DNA of 64,000 nucleotides from Eledone cirrhosa (taxonomy: Eukaryota), in contig OZ024743.1 of assembly GCA_964016885.1 (NCBI GenBank), positions 237,088,001 to 237,152,000 of the forward strand, in the 5' to 3' direction. The notes below the pieces were generated by a model. That model was not told the DNA's origin, ran no database searches, and saw only the letters and a program-made list of their open reading frames with translations. The stretch's first letter is position 1. Each line of letters begins with the position of its first letter. Of this stretch, positions 38,601 to 54,138 are shown piece after piece. A program made the translations under genes and the position numbers.

Positions 38601-41600
38601 ACAGTCTCTCTATCACACCACCACAGTCTCTCTATAACACCACCACAGTCTCTCTATAACACCACCACAGTCTCTCTCTATAACACCACCACAGTCTCTC
38701 TCTATAACACCACCACAGTCTCTCTCTATAACACCACCACAGTCTTTCTATAACACCACCACAGTCTCTCCCTCTATAACACCACCACAGTCCCTCTATC
38801 ACACCACCACAATCTCTCTATCACATCATCACAGTCTCTCTATCACACCACCACAGTCTCTCTATCACACCACCATAGTCTCTCTATAACACCACCACAG
38901 TCTCTCTATCACACCATCACAGTCTCTCTATCACACCACCACAGTCTCTCTATCACTCCACCACAGTCTCTCTATAACACCACCACAGTCTCTCTCTCAC
39001 ACCATCACAGTCGCTCTATCACATCACCACAGTCTCTCTATCACACCATCACAGTCTCTCTATCATACGACCACAGTCTCTCTATCACACCACCACAGTC
39101 TCTCTATCACACTACACAGTCTCTCTATCACACCACCACAGTCTCTCTATCACACCACACAGTCTCTCTATAACACCACCACAGTCTCTCTCTATAACAC
39201 CACCACAGTCTCTCTATCACGCCACTACAGTCTCTCTATGACACCACCACAGTCTCTCTCTAAAACACCACCACAGTCTCTCTATAACACCACCACAGTC
39301 TCTCTATAACGCCACCTCAGTCTCTCTATAACACCACCACAGTCTCTCTATAACACCACCACAGTCTCTCTATAACACCACCACAATCTCTCTATCACAC
39401 AATCACAGTCTCTCTATCACACCACCACAGTCTCTCTATCACACCACCACAGTCTCTCTATCACACCATCACAGTCTCTCTATCACACCACCACAGTCTC
39501 TCTATCACCCCACCACAGTCTCTCTATCACACCACACAGTCTCTCTCTATAACACCACCACAGTCTCTCTATCACTCCACCACAGTCTCTCTATAACACC
39601 ACCACAGTCTCTCTCTCACACCATCACAGTCGCTCTATCACATCACCACAGTCTCTCTATCACACCATCACAGTCTCTCTATCATACCACCACAGTCTCT
39701 CTATCACACCACCACAGTCTCTCTATCACACTACACAGTCTCTCTATCACACCACCACAGTCTTTCTATCACACCACACAGTCTCTCTATAACACCACCA
39801 CAGTCGCTCTCTCTATAACACCACCACAGTCTCTCTCTATAACACCACCACAGTCACACTATAACACCACCACAGTCTCTCTCTATATAACACCACCACA
39901 GTCTCACTCTATAACACCACCACAGTCTCTCTATAACACCACCACAGTCTCTCTCTCTATAACATCACCACAGTCTCTCTCTATAGCACCGCCACAGTCT
40001 CTCTATAACACCACCACAGTCTTTATATAACACCACCACAGTCGCTCTCTCTATAACACCACCACAGTCTCTCTCTATAACACCACCACAGTCTCACTAT
40101 AACAACACCACAGTCTCTCTCTCTATAACACCACCACAGTCTCTCTCTATAACACCATCACAGTCTCTCTATAACACCACCACAGTCTCTCTATCACACC
40201 ACCACAGTCACTCTATCACCCCAACACAGTCCCTCTATAACACCACTACAGTCTCTCTATAACACCACCACAGTCTCTCTCTATCACACCACCACAGTCT
40301 CTCTATCACCCCACCACAGTCTCTCTATCACACCACCACAGTCTCTCTATAACACCACCACAGTCTCTCTATAACACCACCACAGTCTCTCTCTATAACA
40401 CCACCACAGTCTCTCTCTATAACACCACCACAGTCTCTCTCTATAACACCACCACAGTCTTTCTATAACACCACCACAGTCTCTCCCTCTATAACACCAC
40501 CACAGTCCCTCTATCACACCACCACAATCTCTCTATCACATCATCACAGTCTCTCTATCACACCACCACAGTCTCTCTATCACACCACCATAGTCTCTCT
40601 ATAACACCACCACAGTCTCTCTATCACACCATCACAGTCTCTCTATCACACCACCACAGTCTCTCTATCACTCCACCACAGTCTCTCTATAACACCACCA
40701 CAGTCTCTCTCTCACACCATCACAGTCGCTCTATCACATCACCACAGTCTCTCTATCACACCATCACAGTCTCTCTATCATACGACCACAGTCTCTCTAT
40801 CACACCACCACAGTCTCTCTATCACACTACACAGTCTCTCTATCACACCACCACAGTCTCTCTATCACACCACACAATCTCTCTATAACACCACCACAGT
40901 CTCTCTCTATAACACCACCACAGTCTCTCTATCACGCCACTACAGTCTCTCTATAACACCACCACAGTCTCTCTCTATAACACCACTACAGTCTCTCTCT
41001 ATAACACCACCACAGTCACTCTCTATAACACCACCACAGTCTTTCTATAACACCACCACAGTCTCTCCATCTATAACCCCACCACAGTCTCTCTATCACA
41101 GCACCACAATCTCTCTATCACACCATCACAGTCTCTCTATCACACCACCACAGTCTCTCTATCACACCACCACAGTCTCTCTATCACCCCACAGACTCAC
41201 TATAACACCACCACAATCACTCTATCACCCCACCACAGTCTCTCTATAACACCACCACAGTCTCTCTATCACACCACCACAGTCTCTCTATCACCCCACC
41301 ACAGTCCCTCTATAACACCACCACAGTCTCTCAATAACACCACCACAGTCTCTCTATAACACCACCACAGTCTCTCTATAACACCACCACAGTCTCTCTC
41401 TCTATAACATCACCACAGTCTCTCTCTATAGCACCGCCACAGTCTCTCTATAACACCACCACAGTCTTTATATAACACCACCACAGTCGCTCTCTCTATA
41501 ACACCACCACAGTCTCTCTCTATAGCACCACCACAGTCTCACTATAACACCACCACAGTCTCTCTCTCTATAACACCACCACAGTCTCTCTCTATAACAC

Positions 41601-44600
41601 CACAACAGTCTCTCTATAACACCACCACAGTCTCTCTATCACACCACCACAGTCTCTCTATCACTCCACCACAGTCTCTCTATAACACCACCACAGTCTC
41701 TCTATAACACCACCACAGTCTCTCTCTATCACACCACCACAGTCTCTCTATCACCCCACCACAGTCTCTCTATCACACCACCACAGTCTCTCTATCACAC
41801 CACCACAGTCTCTCTATAACACCACCACAGTCTCTCTATAACAACACCACAGTCTCTCTCTCTATAACACCACCACAGTCTCTCTCTATAACACCACTAC
41901 AGTCTCTCTCTATAACACTACCACAGTCTCTCTATAACACCACCACAGTTGCTCTCTCTATAACACCACCACAGTCTCTATCTATAACACAACCACAGTC
42001 TCTCTCTCTATAGCACCACCACAGTCTTTCTATAACATCACCACAGTCTCTCTCTCTATAACACCACCACAGTCTCTCTCTATAGCACCACCACAGTCTT
42101 TCTATAACACCACCACAGTCTATATATAATACCACCACAGTCGCTCTCTCTATAACACCACCACAGTCTCTCTCTATAACACCACCACAGTCTCTCTATA
42201 ACACCACCAGAGTCTTTCTCTCTATAACACCACCAAAGTCTCTCTCTATAACACCACCACAGTCTCTCTATAACACCAACACAGTCTCTCTATCACACCA
42301 CCACAATCTCTCTATCACTCCACCACAGTCTCTCCATAACACCACCACAGTCTCTCTATCACACCACCATATTCTCTCTATAATACCACCACAGTCTCTC
42401 TATAACACCACCACAGTCTCTCTCTAAAACACCACCACAGTCTCTCTATCACACCACCACAGTCTCTCTATCACACCACCACAGTCTCTCTATGACCCCA
42501 CGACAGTCTCTCTATAATACCACCACAGTCTCTCTCTATCACACCACCACAGTCTCTCTATCACCCCACAACAGTACCTCTATAACACCACCACAGTCTC
42601 TCTATCACCCCACCACAGTCCCTCTATAACACCACCACAGTCTCTCTATCACCCCACCACAGTCTCCCTATAACCCCACCACAGTCTCTCTATAACACCA
42701 CCACAGTTTCTCTCTCTATAACATCACCACAGTCTCTCTCTATAGCACCGCCACAGTCTCTCTATAACACCACCAGTCTTTATATAACACCACAACAGTC
42801 GCTCTCTCTATAACACCACCACAGTCTTTATATAACACCACCACAGTCGCTCTCTCTATAAGACCACCACAGTCTCTCTCTATAACACCGCCACAGTTTC
42901 ACTATAACACCACCACAGTCTCTCTCTCTATAACACCACCACAGTCTCTCTCTATAACACCACCACAGTCTCTCTATAACACCACCACAGTCTCTCTATC
43001 ACACTACCACAGTCTCTCTATCACTCCACCACAGTCACTCTATAACACCACCACAGTCTCTCTATAACACCACTACGGTCTCTCTCTATCACCCCACCAC
43101 AGTCTCTCTATCACACCACAACAGTCTCTCTATCACACTACCACAGTCTCTCTATAACACCACCACAGTCTCTCTCTATAACACCACTACAGTCTCTCTC
43201 TATAACACCACCACAGTCACTCTCTATAACACCACCACAGTCTTTCTATAACACCACCACAGTCTCTCCATCTATAACCCCACCACAGTCTCTCTATCAC
43301 AGCACCACAATCTCTCTATCACACCATCACAGTCTCTCTATCACACCACCACAGTCTCTCTATCACACCACCACAGTCTCTCTATCACCCCACAGACTCA
43401 CTATAACACCACCACAATCACTCTATCACCCCACCACAGTCTCTCTATAACACCACCACAGTCTCTCTATCACACCACCACAGTCTCTCTATCACCCCAC
43501 CACAGTCCCTCTATAACACCACCACAGTCTCTCTATAACACCACCACAGTCTCTCTATAACACCACCACAGTCTCTCTATAACACCACCACAGTCTCTCT
43601 CTCTATAACATCACCACAGTCTCTCTCTATAGCACCGCCACAGTCTCTCTATAACACCACCACAGTCTTTATATAACACCACCACAGTCGCTCTCTCTAT
43701 AACACCACCACAGTCTCTCTCTATAGCACCACCACAGTCTCACTATAACACCACCACAGTCTCTCTCTCTATAACACCACCACAGTCTCTCTCTATAACA
43801 CCACAACAGTCTCTCTATAACACCACCACAGTCTCTCTATCACACCACCACAGTCTCTCTATCACTCCACCACAGTCTCTCTATAACACCACCACAGTCT
43901 CTCTATAACACCACCACAGTCTCTCTCTATCACACCACCACAGTCTCTCTATCACCCCATCACAGTCTCTCTATCACACCACCACAGTCTCTCTATCACA
44001 CCACCACAGTCTCTCTATAACACCACCACAGTCTCTCTATAACACCACCACAGTCTCTCTCTATAACACCACTACAGTCTCTCTCTATAACACTACCACA
44101 GTCTCTCTATAACACCACCACAGTTGCTCTCTCTATAACACCACCACAGTCTCTATCTATAACACAACCACAGTCTCTCTCTCTATAGCACCACCACAGT
44201 TTTTCTATAACATCACCACAGTCTCTCTCTCTATAACACCACCACAGTCTATCTCTCTCTATAACACCACCACAGACTCTCTCTCTATAACATCACCACA
44301 GTCTCTCTCTATAGCACCACCACAGTCTTTCTATAACACCACACAGTCTTTATATAATACCACCACAGTCGCTCTCTCTATAACACCACCACAGTCTCTC
44401 TCTATAACACCACCACAGTCTCTCTATAACACCACCAGAGTCTTTCTCTCTATAACACCACCAAAGTCTCTCTCTATAGCACCACCACAGTCTCTCTATA
44501 ACACCACCACAGTCTCTCTATCACGCCACCACAATCTCTCTATCACTCCACCACAGTCTCTCCATAACACCACCACAGTGTCTCTCTCTATAACATCACC

Positions 44601-47600
44601 ACAGTCTCTCTCTATAGCACCGCCACAGTCTCTCTATAACACCACCAGTCTTTATATAACACCACAACAGTCGCTCTCTCTATAACACCACCACAGTCTT
44701 TATATAACACCACCACAGTCGCTCTCTCTATAACACCACCATAGTCTCTCGCTATAACACCACCACAGTTTCACTATAACACCACCACAGTCTCTCTCTC
44801 TATAACACCACCACAGTCTCTCTCTATAACACCACCACAGTCTCTCTATAACACCACCACAGTCTCTCTATCACACTACCACAGTCTCTCTATCACTCCA
44901 CCACAGTCACTCTATAACACCACCACAGTCTCTCTATAACACCACTACAGTCTCTCTCTATCACCCCACCACAGTCTCTCTATCACACCACCACAGTCTC
45001 TCTATCACACCATCACAGTCTCTCTATAACACCACCACAGTCTCTCTCTCTATAACACCACCACAGTCTCTCTCTATAACACCACCACAGTCTCTCTCTA
45101 TAACACCACCACAGTCTTTCTATAACACCACCACAGTCTCTCCATCTATAACCCCACCACAGTCTCTCTATCACACCACCACAATCTCTCTATCACACCA
45201 TCACAGTCTCTCTATCACACCACTACAGTCTCTCTATCACACCACCACAGTCTCTCTATCACCCCCCACAGACTCACTATAACACCACCACAATCATTCT
45301 ATCACCCCACCACAGTCTCTCTATAACACCACCACAGTCTCTCTATCACACCACCACAGTCTCTCTATAACACCACCACAGTCTCTCTCTCTATAACATC
45401 ACCACAGTCTCTCTCTATAGCACCGCCACAGTCTCTCTATAACACCACCACAGTCTTTATATAACACCACCACAGTCGCTCTCTCTATAACACCACCACA
45501 GTCTCTCTCTATAACACCAGCACAGTCTCACTATAACACTACCACAGTCTCTCTCTATATAACACCACCACAGTCTCTCTCTATAACACCACCACAGTCT
45601 CTCTATAACACCACCACAGTCTCTCTATCACACCACCACAGTCTCTCTATCACTCCACCACAGTCTATCTATAACAACACCACAGTCTCTCTATAACACC
45701 ACCACAGTCTCTCTCTATCACACCACCACAGTCTCTCTATCACCCCACCACAGTCTCTCTATCACACCACCACAGTCTCTCTATCACACCACCACAGTCT
45801 CTCTATAACACCACCACAGTCTCTCTATAACAACACCACAGTCTCTCTCTCTATAACACCACCACAGTCTCTCTCTATAACACCACTACAGTCTCTCTCT
45901 ATAACACTACCACAGTCTCTCTATAACACCACCACAGTTGCTCTCTCTATAACACCACCACAGTCTCTATCTATAACACAACCGCAGTCTCTCTCTCTAT
46001 AGCACCACCACAGTCTTTCTATAACATCACCACAGTCTCTCTCTCTATAACACCACCACAGTCTCTCTCTCTATAACACCACCACAGACTCTCTCTCTAT
46101 AACATCACCACAGTCTCTCTCTATAGCACCACCACAGTCTCTCTCTATAACACCACCACAGTCTCTCTCTATAACACTACCACAGTCTTTCTATAACACC
46201 ACCACAGTCTCTCCATCTATAACCCCACCACAGTCTCTCTATCACACCACCACAATCTCTCTATCACACCATCACAGTCTCTCTATCACACCACCACAGT
46301 CTCTCTATCACACCACCACAGTCTCTCTATCACCCCCCACAGACTCACTATAACACCACCACAATCATTCTATCACCCCACCACAGTCTCTCTATAACAC
46401 CACCACAGTCTCTCTATCACACCACCACAGTCTCTCTATCACCCCACCACAGTCCCTCTATAACACCACCACAGTCTCTCTATAACACCACCACAGTCTC
46501 TCTATAACACCACCACAGTCTCTCTCTCTATAACATCACCACAGTCTCTCTCTATAGCACCGCCACAGTCTCTCTATAACACCACCACAGTCTCTCTATC
46601 ACACCACCACAGTCTCTCTATCACTCCACCACAGTCTTTATATAACACCACCACAGTCGCTCTCTCTATAACACCACCACAGTCTCTCTCTATAACACCA
46701 CCACAGTCTCACTATAACACTACCACAGTCTCTCTCTCTATAACACCACCACAGTCTCTCTCTATAACACCACCACAGTCTCTCTATAACACCACCACAG
46801 TCTCTCTATCACACCACCACAGTCTCTCTATCACTCCACCACCGTCTATCTATAACACCACCACAGTCTCTCTATAACACCACCACAGTCTCTCTCTATC
46901 ACACCACCACAGTCTCTCTATCGCCCCACCACAGTCTCTCTATCACACCACCACAGTCTCTCTATCACACCACCACAGTCTCTCTATAACACCACCACAG
47001 TCTCTCTATAACAACACCACAGTCTCACTCTCTATAACACCACCACAGTCTCTCTCTATAACACCACTACAGTCTCTCTCTATAACACTACCACAGTCTC
47101 TCTATAACACCACCACAGTTGCTCTCTCTATAACACCACCACAGTCTCTATCTATAACACAACCACAGTCTCTCTCTCTATAGCACCACCACAGTCTTTC
47201 TATAACATCACCACAGTCTCTCTCTCTATAACACCACCACAGTCTCTCTCTCTATAACACCACCACAGACTCTCTCTCTATAACATCACCACAGTCTCTC
47301 TCTATAGCACCACCACAGTCTTTCTATAACACCACACAGTATTTATATAATACCACCACAGTCGCTCTCTCTATAACACCACCACAGTCTCTCTCTATAA
47401 CACCACCACAGTCTCTCTATAACACCACCAGAGTATTTCTCTCTATAACACCACCAAAGTCTCTCTCTATAACACCACCACAGTCTCTCTATAACACCAC
47501 CACAGTCTCTCTATCACACCACCACAATCTCTCTATCACTCCACCACAGTCTCTCCATAACACCACCACAGTCTCTCTATCACACCACCATATTCTCTCT

Positions 47601-50600
47601 ATAATACCACCAGAGTCTCTCTATAACACCACCACAGTCTCTATCTAAAACACCACCACAGTCTCTCTATCACACCACCACAGTCTCTCAATCACCCCAC
47701 CACAGTCTCTCTATCACACCACCACAGTCTCTCTATCACACCACCACAGTCTCTCTATCACACCATCACAGTCTCTCTATCACACCACCACAGTCTCTCT
47801 ATCACCCCACCAGAGTCTCTCTATCACACCACACAGTCTCTCTCTATAACACCACCACAGTCTCTCTATCACTCCACCACAGTCTCTCTATAACACCACC
47901 ACAGTCTCTCTCTCACACCATCACAGTCGCTCTATCACATCACCACAGTCTCTCTATCACACCATCACAGTCTCTCTATCATACCACCACAGTCTCTCTA
48001 TCACACCACCACAGTCTCTCTATCACACTACACAGTCTCTCTATCACACCACCACAGTCTTTCTATCACACCACACAGTCTCTCTATAACACCACCACAG
48101 TCGCTCTCTCTATAACACCACCACAGTCTCTCTCTATAACACCACCACAGTCACACTATAACACCACCACAGTCTCTCTCTCTATAACACCACCACAGTC
48201 TCACTCTATAACACCACCACAGTCTCTCTATAACACCACCACAGTCTCTCTCTCTATAACATCACCACAGTCTCTCTCTATAGCACCGCCACAGTCTCTC
48301 TATAACACCACCACAGTCTTTATATAACACCACCACAGTCGCTCTCTCTATAACACCACCACAGTCTCTCTCTATAACACCACCACAGTCTCACTATAAC
48401 AACACCACAGTCTCTCTCTCTATAACACCACCACAGTCTCTCTCTATAACACCATCACAGTCTCTCTATAACACCACCACAGTCTCTCTATCACACCACC
48501 ACAGTCACTCTATCACCCCAACACAGTCCCTCTATAACACCACTACAGTCTCTCTATAACACCACCACAGTCTCTCTCTATCACACCACCACAGTCTCTC
48601 TATCACCCCACCACAGTCTCTCTATCACACCACCACAGTCTCTCTATAACACCACCACAGTCTCTCTATAACACCACCACAGTCTCTCTCTATAACACCA
48701 CCACAGTCTCTCTCTATAACACCACCACAGTCTCTCTCTATAACACCACCACAGTCTTTCTATAACACCACCACAGTCTCTCCCTCTATAACACCACCAC
48801 AGTCCCTCTATCACACCACCACAATCTCTCTATCACATCATCACAGTCTCTCTATCACACCACCACAGTCTCTCTATCACACCACCATAGTCTCTCTATA
48901 ACACCACCACAGTCTCTCTATCACACCATCACAGTCTCTCTATCACACCACCACAGTCTCTCTATCACTCCACCACAGTCTCTCTATAACACCACCACAG
49001 TCTCTCTCTCACACCATCACAGTCGCTCTATCACATCACCACAGTCTCTCTATCACACCATCACAGTCTCTCTATCATACGACCACAGTCTCTCTATCAC
49101 ACCACCACAGTCTCTCTATCACACTACACAGTCTCTCTATCACACCACCACAGTCTCTCTATCACACCACACAGTCTCTCTATAACACCACCACAGTCTC
49201 TCTCTATAACACCACCACAGTCTCTCTATCACGCCACTACAGTCTCTCTATGACACCACCACAGTCTCTCTCTAAAACACCACCACAGTCTCTCTATAAC
49301 ACCACCACAGTCTCTCTATAACGCCACCTCAGTCTCTCTATAACACCACCACAGTCTCTCTATAACACCACCACAGTCTCTCTATAACACCACCACAATC
49401 TCTCTATCACACAATCACAGTCTCTCTATCACACCACCACAGTCTCTCTATCACACCACCACAGTCTCTCTATCACACCATCACAGTCTCTCTATCACAC
49501 CACCACAGTCTCTCTATCACCCCACCACAGTCTCTCTATCACACCACACAGTCTCTCTCTATAACACCACCACAGTCTCTCTATCACTCCACCACAGTCT
49601 CTCTATAACACCACCACAGTCTCTCTCTCACACCATCACAGTCGCTCTATCACATCACCACAGTCTCTCTATCACACCATCACAGTACCTCTATCATACC
49701 ACCACAGTCTCTCTATCACACCACCACAGTCTCTCTATCACACTACACAGTCTCTCTATCACACCACCACAGTCTTTCTATCACACCACACAGTCTCTCT
49801 ATAACACCACCACAGTCGCTCTCTCTATAACACCACCACAGTCTCTCTCTATAACACCACCACAGTCACACTATAACACCACCACAGTCTCTCTCTATAT
49901 AACACCACCACAGTCTCACTCTATAACACCACCACAGTCTCTCTATAACACCACCACAGTCTCTCTCTCTATAACATCACCACAGTCTCTCTCTATAGCA
50001 CCGCCACAGTCTCTCTATAACACCACCACAGTCTTTATATAACACCACCACAGTCGCTCTCTCTATAACACCACCACAGTCTCTCTCTATAACACCACCA
50101 CAGTCTCACTATAACAACACCACAGTCTCTCTCTCTATAACACCACCACAGTCTCTCTCTATAACACCATCACAGTCTCTCTATAACACCACCACAGTCT
50201 CTCTATCACACCACCACAGTCACTCTATCACCCCAACACAGTCCCTCTATAACACCACTACAGTCTCTCTATAACACCACCACAGTCTCTCTCTATCACA
50301 CCACCACAGTCTCTCTATCACCCCACCACAGTCTCTCTATCACACCACCACAGTCTCTCTATAACACCACCACAGTCTCTCTATAACACCACCACAGTCT
50401 CTCTCTATAACACCACCACAGTCTCTCTCTATAACACCACCACAGTCTCTCTCTATAACACCACCACAGTCTTTCTATAACACCACCACAGTCTCTCCCT
50501 CTATAACACCACCACAGTCCCTCTATCACACCACCACAATCTCTCTATCACATCATCACAGTCTCTCTATCACACCACCACAGTCTCTCTATCACACCAC

Positions 50601-53600
50601 CATAGTCTCTCTATAACACCACCACAGTCTCTCTATCACACCATCACAGTCTCTCTATCACACCACCACAGTCTCTCTATCACTCCACCACAGTCTCTCT
50701 ATAACACCACCACAGTCTCTCTCTCACACCATCACAGTCGCTCTATCACATCACCACAGTCTCTCTATCACACCATCACAGTCTCTCTATCATACGACCA
50801 CAGTCTCTCTATCACACCACCACAGTCTCTCTATCACACTACACAGTCTCTCTATCACACCACCACAGTCTCTCTATCACACCACACAGTCTCTCTATAA
50901 CACCACCACAGTCTCTCTCTATAACACCACCACAGTCTCTCTATCACGCCACTACAGTCTCTCTATGACACCACCACAGTCTCTCTCTAAAACACCACCA
51001 CAGTCTCTCTATAACACCACCACAGTCTCTCTATAACGCCACCTCAGTCTCTCTATAACACCACCACAGTCTCTCTATAACACCACCACAGTCTCTCTAT
51101 AACACCACCACAATCTCTCTATCACACAATCACAGTCTCTCTATAACACCACCACAATCTCTCTATCACACAATCACAGTCTCTCTATCACACCACCACA
51201 GTCTCTCTATAACACCACCACAGTCTCTCTATTACCCCACCACATTCTCTCTATAATACCACCATAGTCTCTCTCTATAACACCAACACAGTCTCTCTAT
51301 AACACCACCACAGTCTCTCTCACTATAACACCACCAGAGTCTCTCTCTATAACACTACCACAGTCTCTCTACAACACCACTACAGTCTCTCTATAACACC
51401 ACCACAGTCTCTCTATAACGCCACTAGAGCCTCACTCTCTATCACCCCACCACAGTCTCTCTATAACACCACCACAGTCTCTCTCTCTATAACACCACCA
51501 CAGTCTCTCTATAACACCACCACAGTCGGTCTCTATAACACCACCACAGTCTCTCTCTCTCTCACCCCACCACAGTCTCTCTATAACACCACCACAGTCT
51601 CTCTCTATCACACCACCACAGTCTCTCTATCACCCCACCGCAGTCTCTCTATCACCCCACCACAGTCTCTCTATCACACCACCACAGTCTCTCTATAACA
51701 CCACCACAGTCTCTCTATAACACCACCACAGTCTCTCTATCACACCACCACAGTCTCTCTATCACACCACCACAGTCTCTCTCTATAACACCACCACAGT
51801 CTCTCTATAACATCACCACAGTCTCTCTATCACCCCCACAGTCTCACTATAACACCACCACAATCACTCTATCACCCCACCACAGTCTCTCTATAACACC
51901 ACCACAGTCTCTCTATCACACCACCACAGTCCCTCTATAACACCACCACAGTCTCTCTGTAACACCACCAGAGTCTCTCTATAACACCACCACAGTCTCT
52001 CTCTCTATAACATCACCACAGTCTCTCTCTATAGCACCGCCACAGTCTCTCTATAACACCACCACAGTCTCTCTATAACACCACCACAGTCTCTCTATAA
52101 CACCACCACAGTCTCTCTCTATCACACCACCACAATCTCTCTATCACCCCACCACAGTCTCTCTATCACACCACCACAGTCTCTCTATCACACCACCACA
52201 GTCTCTCTATAACACCACCACAGTCTCTCTCTCTATAACACCACCACAGTCTCTCTCTATAGCACCGCCACAGTCTCTCTATAACACCACCACAGTCTCT
52301 CTATAACACCACCACAGTCTCTCTATAACACCACCACAGTCTCTCTCTATCACACCAACACAATCTCTCTATCACCCCACCACAGTCTCTCTATCACACC
52401 ACCACAGTCTCTCTATCACACCACCACAGTCTCTCTATAACACCACCACAGTCTCTCTCTCTATAACACCACCACAGTCTCTCTCTATAGCACCGCCACA
52501 GTCTCTCTATCACACCACCACAGTCTCTCTATAACACCACCACAGTCTCTCTCTCTATAACACCACCACAGTCTCTCTCTATAGCACCGCCACAGTCTCT
52601 CTATAACACCACCACAGTCTCTCTATAACGCCACCACAGTCTCTCTCTCTATAACACCACCACAGTCTCTCTCTATAACACCACCACAGTCTCTCTATAA
52701 CGCCACCTCAGTCTCTCTATAACACCACCACAGTCTCTCTCTATCACACCACCACAGTCTCTCTATCACACCACCACAATCTCTCTATCACACAATCACA
52801 GTCTCTCTATCACACCACCATAATCTCTCTATCACACCACCACAGTCTCCCTCTATAACACCATCACAGTCTCTCTATCACACCACCACAGTCTCTCTAT
52901 CACACCACCACAGTCTCTCTATCACCCCACCACAGTCTCTCTATCACACCACCACAGTCTCTCAATCACCCCACCACAGTCTCTCTATCACACCACCACA
53001 GTCTCTCTATCACACCACCACAGTCTCTCTATCACACCATCACAGTCTCTCTATCACACCACCACAGTCTCTCTATCACCCCACCACCGTCTCTCTATCA
53101 CACCACACAGTCTCCCTCTATAACACCACCACAGTCTCTCTATGACCCCACCACAGTCTCTCTATCACACCACCACAGTCTCTCTATCACACCATCACAG
53201 TCTCTCTATCACACCACCACAGTCTCTCTATAACACCACCAAAGTCTCTCTCTATAACACCACCACAGTCTCTCTATCACACCACACAGTCTCTCTATCA
53301 CACTACACAGTCTCTCTATCATACCACCACAGTCTCTCTATCACACCACCACAGTCTCTCTATCACACCACCACAGTCTCTCTATCACACCACCACAGTC
53401 TCTCTATCACACCACCACAGTCTCTCTATCATACCACCACAGTCTCTCTATCACACCACCACAGTCTCTCCATAACACCACCACTGTCACTCTATCACAC
53501 CACCACAGTCTCTCTATAACACCACCACAGTCTCTCTATCACACCACACAGTCTCTCTATCACACTACACAGTCTCTCTATCATACCACCACAGTCTCTC

Positions 53601-53998
53601 TATCACACCACACAGTCTCTCTATCACACCACCACAGTCTCTCTATCACACCACCACAGTCTCTCTATCACACCACCACAGTCTCTCTCTCTATCACACC
53701 ACCACAGTCTCTCTATCACACGACCAGTCTCTCTATCACACCACCACAGTCTCTCTATCACCCCACCACAGTCTCTCTATCACACCACCACAGTCTCTCT
53801 ATCACACCACCACAGTCTCTCTGACACCACCACAGTCTCTCTATCACACCACACAGTCTCTCTATCACCACACCACAGTCTCTCTATCACACCACCACAG
53901 TCACTCTATCACACCACAGTCTCTCTATCACACCACCACAGTCTCTCTCTATCACACTACCACAGTCTCTCTATCACACCACACAGTCTCTCTCTATA
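20590..53998. repeat. ~33-kb satellite, 22-26-bp unit with higher-order duplications
   Basis: Unit AT(A/C)ACACCACCACAGT(CT)3-5, base period 22 (20761 to 20783). Roughly 1400-1500 copies estimated from length. Confidence 0.98.
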
Positions 53999-54021
53999 AG
54001 AGACATCATATATATACATAC

Positions 54022-54064
54022 AATGGGAATCTACCAACTGAAGATGTTGACTAGCGACATAAGT
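54022..54064 (-). CDS. Candidate 43-nt internal microexon (TYVASQHLQLVDSH+1 nt) of an unidentified host gene
   Basis: Minus strand: branch-like TTTAAC, then ccttcaacatttctctgtggtAG|acttatgtcgctagtcaacatcttcagttggtagattcccatt|GTATGT. Only one of three frames is open. It lies in the only unique island within ~43 kb of satellite. Confidence 0.5.
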
Positions 54065-54138
54065 CTACCACAGAGAAATGTTGAAGGTTGGAAATATGGA
54101 ATGTTAAATGATTCTGTTACACGGTATCTTATATTGAA

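Noticed and set aside
20524-53519. SITPPQSL / WWCYRER ORFs
   Set aside because: Satellite translations with constantly shifting frames.
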